From sequence record OZ240615.1: DNA of 64,000 nt; one strand, 5' to 3'. The notes under the pieces were generated by a model. It saw only the letters and a program-made list of their open reading frames with translations. It was not told the DNA's origin and did not search any database. Shown here one piece after another: positions 8,049-15,998 of the stretch (within the stretch, counting starts at the first letter, position 1; the number at the start of each line of letters is the position of its first letter). Position numbers and translations under genes: made by a program.

Positions 8049-8588
8049 ATGAAAAAACTCACTATTTGGGGACTCCCCGTCCCTTTACTCGGTTTTCTTC
8101 ACTGGTTCGTTTTTCTATTGATTTATTTCTTTGCGTTAATTATTTGTGTTTTTGTCACCCCGTTCCTTCCTATTTTCGCAACTAAGGAAGGTAGACTCCC
8201 TACGTGGTTAGCCTGGTTTGATACCCCAGATAACACCCTTGATGGGGATTCAGGCTGGAAAGAGAAACATTCGCTTTGGGTAAAATTTTTACCTGATTGG
8301 GCTGAGACTTACGTGGCCAGAGTATTCTGGTTATACCGTAACCCTCTTTATGGTTTCTCGATCAGCGTTCTAGGGGCCCCTAAGGATAAATACCTCCAGC
8401 CGGTTCTGGACGGTAAAGGCTTTGACGTAAAAGGGACGTATAAGTCGCATTACTGGATGGTTTATTTCATGCGGGATGATCATGTCAAGAAACGCCGTTT
8501 TAAAGTGTATATCGGATGGAAACTCAAATCGGAAGGATTTGATAAATATCAGTTCGCTTTTTTGATTAACCCTTTCCAAACGCCGTAA
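8049..8588 (+). CDS. conserved phage membrane-associated protein (WFDTPDNTLDGD type)
   Basis: N-terminal TM; WLAWFDTPDNTLDGD and WLYRNP motifs recur in phage proteins of unknown function. Confidence 0.6.
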   Translation: MKKLTIWGLPVPLLGFLHWFVFLLIYFFALIICVFVTPFLPIFATKEGRLPTWLAWFDTPDNTLDGDSGWKEKHSLWVKFLPDWAETYVARVFWLYRNPLYGFSISVLGAPKDKYLQPVLDGKGFDVKGTYKSHYWMVYFMRDDHVKKRRFKVYIGWKLKSEGFDKYQFAFLINPFQTP

Positions 8589-8600
8589 TTGAAACAAAAA

Positions 8601-8628
8601 AAAAGAGAGGGCAAACGCCCTCTCTTTT
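8601..8628. terminator. Bidirectional terminator
   Basis: AAAAGAGAGGGC-AAAC-GCCCTCTCTTTT between convergent genes. Confidence 0.8.
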
Positions 8629-9068
8629 TATATTCTTTTTAAAGAATCGATTTCCAGCGCCACTTCAAATTCGTAAAGCATTCGCCCGAAGAAGGTCGCA
8701 ATTGTGAGCAGCCCGAGGAGGTATTCGTGATGTATCATCAACAGAATTGTAAAAGTCAGTGCAACGATGATTCGCTGACAAACATTCATTCCGCCTACAA
8801 AGGTGATGTGTTTTTCTGCCTTTTCAATGATCACTTGGCGCATCGCAGGCGTCAGGACGGCGCGTGTTATATCGGGCAATGAAACGTATTGATAAAGCAC
8901 CCAACCTAAACGACCGAGAATGAGTGCTACTGCCCATAGACGAACCAGATCAAAGGCTGTTTCGTTTTGCTTAAAACATAATACAGCGAGTACTACGCAA
9001 GAGAGCAGTGAGCAGACTTTAGAGGTGAGGGTAGAGAGGTAGAACATCTTTGTATTCCTTTTCTTCAT
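8628..9068 (-). CDS. multi-TM membrane protein
   Basis: Four hydrophobic segments. Confidence 0.6.
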   Translation of the reverse strand: MKKRNTKMFYLSTLTSKVCSLLSCVVLAVLCFKQNETAFDLVRLWAVALILGRLGWVLYQYVSLPDITRAVLTPAMRQVIIEKAEKHITFVGGMNVCQRIIVALTFTILLMIHHEYLLGLLTIATFFGRMLYEFEVALEIDSLKRI

Positions 9069-9080
9069 GAATTGTCATAA

Positions 9081-9108
9081 TTGTCAGGGAACGGTTGTTC
9101 CCTGACAA
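9081..9108. terminator. Stem-loop downstream of the endonuclease gene
   Basis: TTGTCAGGGAAC-GGTT-GTTCCCTGACAA; no clear U-tract. Confidence 0.5.
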
Positions 9109-9156
9109 CGGACGGAGATTAGTTACAGGTCAGAACGAGCTTCCCTTGGATGTGGG

Positions 9157-10125
9157 TCACGGATGTGACTCATCTTTGCTTAAACTTTTTAAATCAGCAT
9201 TAGGATCGATATTTGTTTTAATCCACCCTAACATTTCTTCAGTTAAATTAAACCATTCCGTAGAACCTCCGTATCCGGGTATATTCCAACCGGCATTATT
9301 GGGTGAGAATGAATCTTTAAACTCTTTTTCTAATTTTGCAGCTTTATACCCATCTTTGAACAAACAATGAGTGAAAAGGAAAGAATTGAAACCTAAATGT
9401 TTTGCAGCAGCCGCAGAAAGTAAAGCACGAATACGGTGAAGAAGATTCTTAGTAACACCGACTTTTATAAATTTAAAGTCATCGCTAACTAGAAAATAAA
9501 CCGACATCGGAAACATTCTACTGAAAAAGCCTCCGCAGGTAGGACAACCGCTTTTATCGTATAGGTGGGTAGCCGGTCGTTGTAAAAATTTACCATGGTC
9601 TTTACAAATTATTACGACATCTTTAGCTATGTTGATATAATCAACAAGCGAATAGTCGTAACGATCTCCGTGAATATTCCTGGCACTCTCAATAAATTGT
9701 GCCGTAGTCATTCTCAAAGTATCATGAATGCACTTCGAGCAACCACGTTGTTTAATTCCCAGATGATTTCCTGGTGACTGTTGAAACTCACCATGTACTT
9801 TACAAATTATAGTGACGGGATGATGTACACCGACATAAATACTTTTACTATAATCGTACCGATCGCCATGGATTTCCTTAGCCTCAAGAATAAATTCTTC
9901 GGTAGTTTTAGTCGTAGCTTTGCGATGTCTTTCTTTACCGCATTTAGGACAACTCTGTCCCTCTAAATGTTTTCTTGCTTTTTGTTCAAATTCACCATGT
10001 ACCGGACAAATTATTTTAATAACCCCATTAGAGCCGGTATAGATTACTTTTGAATAATTGTAAAAATCGCCGTGAATCAATTTAAATTTCTCTAATACTT
10101 TCTCCGTTTTAATTATTTTACTCAT
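9157..10125 (-). CDS. Putative homing endonuclease: zinc-finger repeats (CxxHG...HxxGxGCxxC) plus GIY-YIG/T5orf172-like C-terminal domain
   Basis: Three repeats such as YSKSIYVGVHHPVTIICKVHGEFQQSPGNHL...GCSKC; C-terminal SVYFL...IKVGVT...EKEF...GSTEWF. Start revised to MSKIIK because the longer start lies inside a terminator. Confidence 0.75.
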   Translation of the reverse strand: MSKIIKTEKVLEKFKLIHGDFYNYSKVIYTGSNGVIKIICPVHGEFEQKARKHLEGQSCPKCGKERHRKATTKTTEEFILEAKEIHGDRYDYSKSIYVGVHHPVTIICKVHGEFQQSPGNHLGIKQRGCSKCIHDTLRMTTAQFIESARNIHGDRYDYSLVDYINIAKDVVIICKDHGKFLQRPATHLYDKSGCPTCGGFFSRMFPMSVYFLVSDDFKFIKVGVTKNLLHRIRALLSAAAAKHLGFNSFLFTHCLFKDGYKAAKLEKEFKDSFSPNNAGWNIPGYGGSTEWFNLTEEMLGWIKTNIDPNADLKSLSKDESHP

Positions 10126-10157
10126 TTTCCACCATAGTGTAGCAATTAGAAGATAGA

Positions 10158-10187
10158 AGAGTGTGACGAGCTTCCCCGTCACACTCT
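10158..10187 (-). terminator. Stem-loop/terminator after the exported-protein trio
   Basis: AGAGTGTGACG-N8-CGTCACACTCT. Confidence 0.65.
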
Positions 10188-10192
10188 TTATT

Positions 10193-10693
10193 TTAGTTGC
10201 AGGTTAATACGAGTTTCCCTTGGATACGCGAAACGCCATATGGCATCTGTTGCGCATCCAGGTTGATCTTCGGAGCCAGCGCCAGCGTTTTGGTATTACC
10301 TGCGATATTCTGCGCTTGTGCAGCATCAGTCCACGCGTATTCCACATTGTTAACGAATACGGAAGTTTGATCGCGGTTGCTCACCGTCATCAGGTTATCG
10401 GCAAAGTCGAAGCGACCAGTGTTTTGGGTCAGTTTCGCTTCAGTGAGGCGCCAGTTTTTCTGGGCCGTGTTGCTGGTCAGCACGAAGTTGATCGCCTTAC
10501 TGTTATTAGTACCGGTTTCGCCTTTCAACAGGATACCGCCGACTTGAACACCGTTCGCGTAATCGATACCGCAGGAGATTTGAGTTTGGTTGTATTCTGC
10601 GTCCCAGACCAGTTCATTGGCAGCAAAAGCCGAAGAGGTCAGTGCCAGAGCGATTACGGAAACAGCGATTTTGATAGATTTCATTTGATACAA
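10193..10693 (-). CDS. exported pilin-like protein
   Basis: Signal peptide ending AFA; beta-strand-like pattern, two Cys near the ends, C-terminal G-x-L-x-L strand. Confidence 0.5.
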   Translation of the reverse strand: MYQMKSIKIAVSVIALALTSSAFAANELVWDAEYNQTQISCGIDYANGVQVGGILLKGETGTNNSKAINFVLTSNTAQKNWRLTEAKLTQNTGRFDFADNLMTVSNRDQTSVFVNNVEYAWTDAAQAQNIAGNTKTLALAPKINLDAQQMPYGVSRIQGKLVLTCN

Positions 10694-10744
10694 TTCCTAT
10701 TTGAATAAAGAAAGGTTTTAGTTAAAAACGACGAGAGTTTACTA

Positions 10745-11188
10745 CTATGGATCAACCTGCATGGCACGCTGAGAATCCATTTGTTGATTCTTTTCCATGC
10801 GATCCATTTCCATCTCCAAACGTTTAATTTGGAGTTCTTTCTGACGGCGACTCAAATCAGCGAGTCTTTCACATGACTCTGCCATTTTATCGTCGCCCCC
10901 GAGAGGGATACTGATGCTAACGTAACCGCCTTTATCGTCATTAGCATAACGATACTCGCTGCCGTTATTTCCGTACGCACCAACGTTGATTGTCGCCTGA
11001 GGACGACTAACCTCACAGCTAATATCACCGTTTTGAATACGGCCGCGGTTTTCTGCGATGTTGTTGGTGATATAAGGAGCATCAGCAAAGGCGGTACAAG
11101 CCGTTACCATTGTTACAATGAATAAGAGAATTTTATTCGAGATCGACATTGAAACATGCCTCTGGCTGAATTTCCGATTGAGGGACAA
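10745..11188 (-). CDS. exported protein with C-terminal coiled coil
   Basis: Signal peptide ending AFA; two Cys; RRQKELQIKRLEMEMDRME heptads. Confidence 0.6.
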   Translation of the reverse strand: MSLNRKFSQRHVSMSISNKILLFIVTMVTACTAFADAPYITNNIAENRGRIQNGDISCEVSRPQATINVGAYGNNGSEYRYANDDKGGYVSISIPLGGDDKMAESCERLADLSRRQKELQIKRLEMEMDRMEKNQQMDSQRAMQVDP

Positions 11189-11504
11189 CCTGCATCGCGC
11201 AGATCATTACGTATTTTTTACCGTTACTTCTCTCCCGAATAAATTTATTATTGACTTTGATAGGGAAGGTTGCCCTTTCTCCACCGAAGACATATTTTTT
11301 ATACGGAACGCCGTTTTTGTCGGCGATTTTTTTATCTTCGACGCGAAATATAAAATCAGAAGATTCTTTCGAATCAACAAACATCTCAACAACTGTATAG
11401 TTGTCGTATCCGATCGGTGTTACCCGCTGCACCGGGCCGAAATAAAATGCCATGGCATTAACAGAGAACAGCGACAAAAGAGTAAGTAGTAATAAGCGTT
11501 TCAT
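11133..11504 (-). CDS. exported Ig-like/chaperone-like protein
   Basis: Signal peptide ending AMA; beta-rich pattern; two C-terminal Cys. Confidence 0.55.
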   Translation of the reverse strand: MKRLLLLTLLSLFSVNAMAFYFGPVQRVTPIGYDNYTVVEMFVDSKESSDFIFRVEDKKIADKNGVPYKKYVFGGERATFPIKVNNKFIRERSNGKKYVMICAMQVVPQSEIQPEACFNVDLE

Positions 11505-11533
11505 TCAATTTCTCGGTGAAAAATAATAGAGGG

Positions 11534-11559
11534 AGTGAAGGGATTTAAATCCCTTCACT
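11534..11559. terminator. Perfect 26-bp palindrome/terminator
   Basis: AGTGAAGGGATTTAAATCCCTTCACT. Confidence 0.6.
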
Positions 11560-11567
11560 GTATAACC

Positions 11568-11984
11568 TTATTTGCAATGACGGCGCGGTTGATGGTTAAA
11601 GTTATTCTTCAAACGCTCCAGTGAACTTTTAGATGCCGGCGGTTCGGTGACTTTAGTGTTGTTGATAGATACAACATTTTGCTTTCCGGTGCACGGCCAA
11701 ATTTCAAGAATTAATTCGGCTGCATCGTCTTTTTCCAGGCCACCATAAACTTCGGAAAGAAGGTAGTAATCTGAAAACGCCGCTGCGTCTAAAATCAGAT
11801 CAGAGATCTTAGAACCCGCGACTGGGTAAAGTTGACTAACAACTAACTCCCCATCCAGTAGATATTCCGCTAAGGTAATTTTGGGGGTAGAATAAACCGC
11901 TTTTACTTTAATATCCTTAACGGAAAATTTACTTGAGGCGATTGCTTTCTGAATGTTCTCAATAGTGTTTTTAGCTAATAACAT
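11568..11984 (-). CDS. hypothetical protein
   Basis: AAGGAG SD; first gene after promoter motif. Confidence 0.65.
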   Translation of the reverse strand: MLLAKNTIENIQKAIASSKFSVKDIKVKAVYSTPKITLAEYLLDGELVVSQLYPVAGSKISDLILDAAAFSDYYLLSEVYGGLEKDDAAELILEIWPCTGKQNVVSINNTKVTEPPASKSSLERLKNNFNHQPRRHCK

Positions 11985-12044
11985 GTGAAACTCCTTTTAA
12001 ATGGTTTAGTTTGGTTTCGTGAAAAGGTTTTATTATTCCTTGTT

Positions 12045-12072
12045 CACCTTAGAAATATATATGTTAAAAAAA
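12045..12072 (-). promoter_or_regulatory. Putative phage early promoter, copy 2
   Basis: CACCTTAGAAATATATATGTTAAAAAAA on plus; fits motif. Confidence 0.65.
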
Positions 12073-12088
12073 TTGGAAATCAAAAAAA

Positions 12089-12120
12089 AAGAAAGAGAGA
12101 GGGTTTCCTCTCTCTTTCTT
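12089..12120 (-). terminator. Intrinsic terminator
   Basis: AAGAAAGAGAGAGG-GTTT-CCTCTCTCTTTCTT with A-tract. Confidence 0.75.
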
Positions 12121-12124
12121 ACCT

Positions 12125-12430
12125 TTACTCGACCTCTTTCAAGCCAAGTAAAATATCGGCTTTTTCTCGCGCTACTTTCTCTGAATGAGTGAGACCGTGA
12201 CCTTTACGCTGATGTCCGCACATCCAGCAACTGCAGTTACAAGGAGTGGTCGCAACCCGCCCGATAATACCTTTATCGGTTTGAGGTTTCATGTTGAGAA
12301 AATAAACGTTTGCATTCCAGTAGCGAGAAACTTTCTTTTTCTTCACTACCTTTTTGAACCGACGATAAGCGCGATCGCGTTGTGCCATAATTCTGAATCC
12401 CCTATATATCCCCGTGGAGAACATCCCCAC
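12125..12430 (-). CDS. small basic protein with CxCSCxxC metal-binding motif
   Basis: TPCNCSCWMCGHQRK; Lys/Arg-rich N-terminus. Confidence 0.6.
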   Translation of the reverse strand: MGMFSTGIYRGFRIMAQRDRAYRRFKKVVKKKKVSRYWNANVYFLNMKPQTDKGIIGRVATTPCNCSCWMCGHQRKGHGLTHSEKVAREKADILLGLKEVE

Positions 12431-12469
12431 GGGCAGATTGGTTTTTCAGAATGACGGTAGTACCGCAAG

Positions 12470-12913
12470 TTAGGCTGCATAGGCTTTTTCTACCCCGGTT
12501 AAAATTTCACAAAGCTTTTCGTTTTCGAGCTCACCGAGACCCTCAATGAACCCCTGCAAAGCTTTAATCGCGACCTTGAGATTACGACTTCCGCCGCTCC
12601 AATAATCCAAAGACAAAGGAGCGAAGTAGCGATTTTCGTGGAAACTAACACCTGCGGGTGAGCGAATATCAAAAAGAGGAACGTAAGGGATCACGTTCCG
12701 ACTGATATCGGTTACGATTCCGTCAGCGGATTTAACGGGAAAGAGATCGGGGAAATAAACCAACGTACTCCCGTCTTTCGTCTTCACAAACAAGCCGAAA
12801 TTAATACGGAGAGACCCTGGTCGGTCTACGGTAATAAATTCCCCAAAATCAGCCTTGTTTCGTTTTGTCCAAAGTGCTTTACGACCTTTAAAAGTACAAA
12901 GCATTCGAATCAC
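12470..12913 (-). CDS. hypothetical protein
   Basis: ORF track; packing. Confidence 0.6.
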   Translation of the reverse strand: MIRMLCTFKGRKALWTKRNKADFGEFITVDRPGSLRINFGLFVKTKDGSTLVYFPDLFPVKSADGIVTDISRNVIPYVPLFDIRSPAGVSFHENRYFAPLSLDYWSGGSRNLKVAIKALQGFIEGLGELENEKLCEILTGVEKAYAA

Positions 12914-13116
12914 CCTTCCCCGAAGATAGAGTTAATTAACTCGTCGTTACCCGACGCGTAGATCTTTCTGCTCAATGCAGCATTTTCTACTTTCCATTGA
13001 TACAACGCCCGTCCCTTGTTAGGGTGCGGCATTTGTTTTCGTAACGCCTTCTTTTCTTTACGGGTCATTTTAACCCCGCGTTTCCAAATTGACTTTGCCA
13101 TTATTCCTCCGGCCAA
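12910..13116 (-). CDS. small basic hypothetical protein
   Basis: ORF track; packing. Confidence 0.5.
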   Translation of the reverse strand: MAGGIMAKSIWKRGVKMTRKEKKALRKQMPHPNKGRALYQWKVENAALSRKIYASGNDELINSIFGEG

Positions 13117-13478
13117 CGAATGATTATTGCATTACCGGTACGGCGAGAATAATCTTCCATTCTCTTATACTCGATACAACGTTCTACGTACTCCACGGTA
13201 TAATCCCCGTAGTGCGCGATTTCTTCCGCGGGTATACCGCGCATGTGCGCCTCGTAAATTCCCGTCTGACGATAATCCGTAGTTATTGATTCAACGATCT
13301 CGTCTCGTTGTTTTATTAACCGCCCGATAATACTTCTGGCGATCCTATCGCCAGCGCGAACCTTGAAGAGTTCTTTCTCTCTGTCCTTGTTTAAGAATGA
13401 GATATAGGGCGAACTTTTAATAAATGAGCTCACGAAGTTCCCTCGCGGTGTCGTTATCGGCCAATAGATGGAACCCAC
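13101..13478 (-). CDS. protein with C-terminal HTH-like motif
   Basis: RGIPAEEIAHYGDYTVEYVERCI. Confidence 0.5.
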   Translation of the reverse strand: MGSIYWPITTPRGNFVSSFIKSSPYISFLNKDREKELFKVRAGDRIARSIIGRLIKQRDEIVESITTDYRQTGIYEAHMRGIPAEEIAHYGDYTVEYVERCIEYKRMEDYSRRTGNAIIIRWPEE

Positions 13479-13638
13479 TTATTGTCGACGTATCTGCTCC
13501 GATACGTTTACCCATAACGAGTAAATCGTAACGGGCGGTCGGCAGCGGAAGAGGTAGCGCTTCTTTATCAATTTGGGTTTCGTTTACCAAATCACAAAGC
13601 GATTCTTTCGCGAGAAAAATCTGGTAATCTTTATCCAT
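13417..13638 (-). CDS. hypothetical protein
   Basis: ORF track; fills gap. Confidence 0.5.
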   Translation of the reverse strand: MDKDYQIFLAKESLCDLVNETQIDKEALPLPLPTARYDLLVMGKRIGADTSTISGFHLLADNDTARELRELIY

Positions 13639-13643
13639 AGTGG

Positions 13644-14051
13644 CTATTTCCAGCAGACGTCGAAGGTGATGATGTCAGAGCGATAAGTGCCATCTTCGTT
13701 TTTCTTCCGCAGAATACGCGGATAGAATTTAAACGGTAGGTCGGGCTCTTGGAGCGATTTCGCCACCCGTTCAGATTTGATAGGGTTGTAAGATTGAATG
13801 ATCGCCGTAAGATTACCTTCGCTGTCCCAATTGTAGTGTTTGGTGACGAAATGGCAATCCTTCTTATCAACCGTCACGTAACGAAGGAACTCTTCTTTCG
13901 ACATCCCTTTCACTGGTGGAGGTAAATGTCCCAGCTCCAGGAAAGAATGTTTCCTTTCGAAGAACTTACTGACAGAGGCTATACCTAAACGGTCCACCTC
14001 AGATTTGTTCAGTAATACTACACGACGGGAAAATTTAGCCAGTTCGTTCAT
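13644..14051 (-). CDS. hypothetical protein
   Basis: ORF track; packing. Confidence 0.6.
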   Translation of the reverse strand: MNELAKFSRRVVLLNKSEVDRLGIASVSKFFERKHSFLELGHLPPPVKGMSKEEFLRYVTVDKKDCHFVTKHYNWDSEGNLTAIIQSYNPIKSERVAKSLQEPDLPFKFYPRILRKKNEDGTYRSDIITFDVCWK

Positions 14052-14545
14052 TTTAGATTCTCCAAATAAGTGTTCAAACGATCAACGTGAGCGGCGACCC
14101 ATTCCGGATCGTCGTAATCATCAATATTAGCAGTGACTTCTAATACAGCGTCTGGTACTTCGACAGAGTAGTATTCCAGATACATTTTTAATAACGAGCA
14201 ACCCGCCGCATCGATATAAAGGTACGCATCGAAAATGTCGGTATCGCTAACTTCATTCGCTCTGTCGGAACTGTGGAGCGTGTTAAGATCTTCTATTGTC
14301 GTCCCATCCGGATGTGCTGTATCGAGTATCACGCCATCAATACTTAAGAAAGCGTGGTTGTCATTATCCCAATACGCGACAGAGTGACCTAGCGTATTTG
14401 CGACGGCACCAATTGCTAGTGCCGCAGTCCCGCAATCGCCTTGGTTGATTCTCTGCACAGCGTCTTTATCGTCAATCCTATCAAAGAAGACGCGATAGAA
14501 AGTAACAAAGGTGTTAATCAGTTCTTTTGGGGTAACGGTAGGCAT
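14048..14545 (-). CDS. possible papain/transglutaminase-like Cys-His-Asp enzyme
   Basis: INQGDCG ... HAFLSIDGVILD spacing. Confidence 0.45.
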   Translation of the reverse strand: MPTVTPKELINTFVTFYRVFFDRIDDKDAVQRINQGDCGTAALAIGAVANTLGHSVAYWDNDNHAFLSIDGVILDTAHPDGTTIEDLNTLHSSDRANEVSDTDIFDAYLYIDAAGCSLLKMYLEYYSVEVPDAVLEVTANIDDYDDPEWVAAHVDRLNTYLENLK

Positions 14546-15212
14546 TAATAAACTCCTCTTGATTGACTTTTAAATAATCAAATGCAATTTGGTATTTCGA
14601 CGCTACATCGCCATGACGGAAGGTGTACTGCTCATCCAGAGCATCGAACCGCGCCAGTGCTTGCGCTAAAATACCGCTATGAAATCCATTGCGAGGTAAG
14701 TTGTTTAAGAATTGATCTTTCTCGACTAACCATGCCCGTAAAAAGGCTATAGGTAGGTCGTCTGGCTGAGACGCATTGTCCAGGATATCGGCGATTTTTA
14801 CCGCCCAGATAAAAGGGTCGTCAGATCCAATCAACCTCAGGTTTTCTAATGTTGTTCTATTACAGCGATTGGCCTTGATATACTCTTTCGTATAGACATC
14901 CGTCACCCCATCCACAATATGGATGGTTCGATTTAGTAACTTTGAAAATTGGAAACTGATGTTATCGAAAGAGAAAATAGTATAGCGTAAATCCTCCAGT
15001 GACAATTCAGTGTCTTCAACAACGTCATGGAGAAGGCCCGCACAAACAACTTCTGCTGGAAATTGGTATGCTTTTAAAAGTTCACTTACTTTGAAAGGGT
15101 GAATGTAATAAGGTTTATCGCTTCCTTTTCTCTTTTGTCCAGTGGCACCATGGGCAACCATTGCCACGATATTGGCCAGCCGATAAAGTTTTTCTTCATT
15201 CGTAGCGTTCAT
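14514..15212 (-). CDS. HD-domain hydrolase, RelA/SpoT-HD (Mesh1/small alarmone hydrolase)-like
   Basis: AHGATGQKRKGSDKPYYIHP, LLHDVVEDT, VKIADILDN. Confidence 0.8.
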   Translation of the reverse strand: MNATNEEKLYRLANIVAMVAHGATGQKRKGSDKPYYIHPFKVSELLKAYQFPAEVVCAGLLHDVVEDTELSLEDLRYTIFSFDNISFQFSKLLNRTIHIVDGVTDVYTKEYIKANRCNRTTLENLRLIGSDDPFIWAVKIADILDNASQPDDLPIAFLRAWLVEKDQFLNNLPRNGFHSGILAQALARFDALDEQYTFRHGDVASKYQIAFDYLKVNQEEFINAYRYPKRTD

Positions 15213-15236
15213 GTGCCACCTTAGTAGATTGGGTTA

Positions 15237-15264
15237 CATTAGAGTGATATAGTCTTCAAATAAA
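15237..15264 (-). promoter_or_regulatory. Putative phage early promoter, copy 3
   Basis: Minus strand TTTGAAGACTATATCACTCTAATG. Confidence 0.7.
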
Positions 15265-15284
15265 TTCCGTTCACCGTAAAATAG

Positions 15285-15314
15285 AAAGAGGAGAGGGAAA
15301 CCCCTCTCCTCTTT
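15285..15314 (-). terminator. Intrinsic terminator
   Basis: AAAGAGGAGAGGG-AAAC-CCCTCTCCTCTTT. Confidence 0.75.
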
Positions 15315-15319
15315 TATCG

Positions 15320-15943
15320 TCAATAAATTCGAACTTCGTAAACACCCTGCTGAACAAAGGTAATTCCCACACCCAAGTTCGCTGGCCAGTTCACCAAAAT
15401 CTTGCCCGGTGTCGCTTCATTGGCGACGATTGCCGATGACATCTCGATAGCATCTGAGGCGTTACCTTTGGCAAGAACATATTCACCGTAAACGTTAGGG
15501 TACGACACATTCAAAACAATAATACGGTGGTAACCGGTAGTCCCGATAAGCCGTGACGGAATCGTGATGCTTTCGTTGGCGGTAGCAGTGTAGCGGAATA
15601 ATACGCCAGTCGCCGCATTATTGACAGGAAGAGAAACTGCCACTCCAGAACTGTTCATGATCTGAGACAGTGTACTCCCGTCAAACAAAAAGATGTTTGC
15701 CGCTGTTTTGGTATAGTCCGACCAAATCAGTGCGTAATCACCCGCCTTAAGATTCGCCAAAGCGGTCGCACTGTCTGTATAAACGGTAGGGTTAGCCATA
15801 ACCATACGAAGTACGGCCACTGAAACCGCCTGTGTACTTTCGTCCCCGTTTACCAGTGATGTCGAGAAAGGAATAATGTCCTTCTCGGCTATGGTGTTGA
15901 CACGGGTAAGTTCAGAGATCTTTACCGAGATATCTTCTGCCAT
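15320..15943 (-). CDS. short tail-fibre/virion appendage-like protein
   Basis: N-terminal KISEL...IP.S..L..G...T segment aligns by eye with the N-terminus of the 24155 tailspike. Confidence 0.55.
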   Translation of the reverse strand: MAEDISVKISELTRVNTIAEKDIIPFSTSLVNGDESTQAVSVAVLRMVMANPTVYTDSATALANLKAGDYALIWSDYTKTAANIFLFDGSTLSQIMNSSGVAVSLPVNNAATGVLFRYTATANESITIPSRLIGTTGYHRIIVLNVSYPNVYGEYVLAKGNASDAIEMSSAIVANEATPGKILVNWPANLGVGITFVQQGVYEVRIY

Positions 15944-15998
15944 GTTAAAGTTCCTTAGGAATAAAACGAAGAGTTAACATAGCAACTCAGTCGTGGTA

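Noticed and set aside
9600-10100. Repeated units that might be a CRISPR or DNA tandem array
   Set aside because: The repeats are protein-level zinc-finger units with diverged DNA; no constant repeat-spacer pattern was seen anywhere in the window.
10220-10708. 162-aa plus-strand ORF
   Set aside because: Antisense shadow of the codon-biased pilin-like gene.
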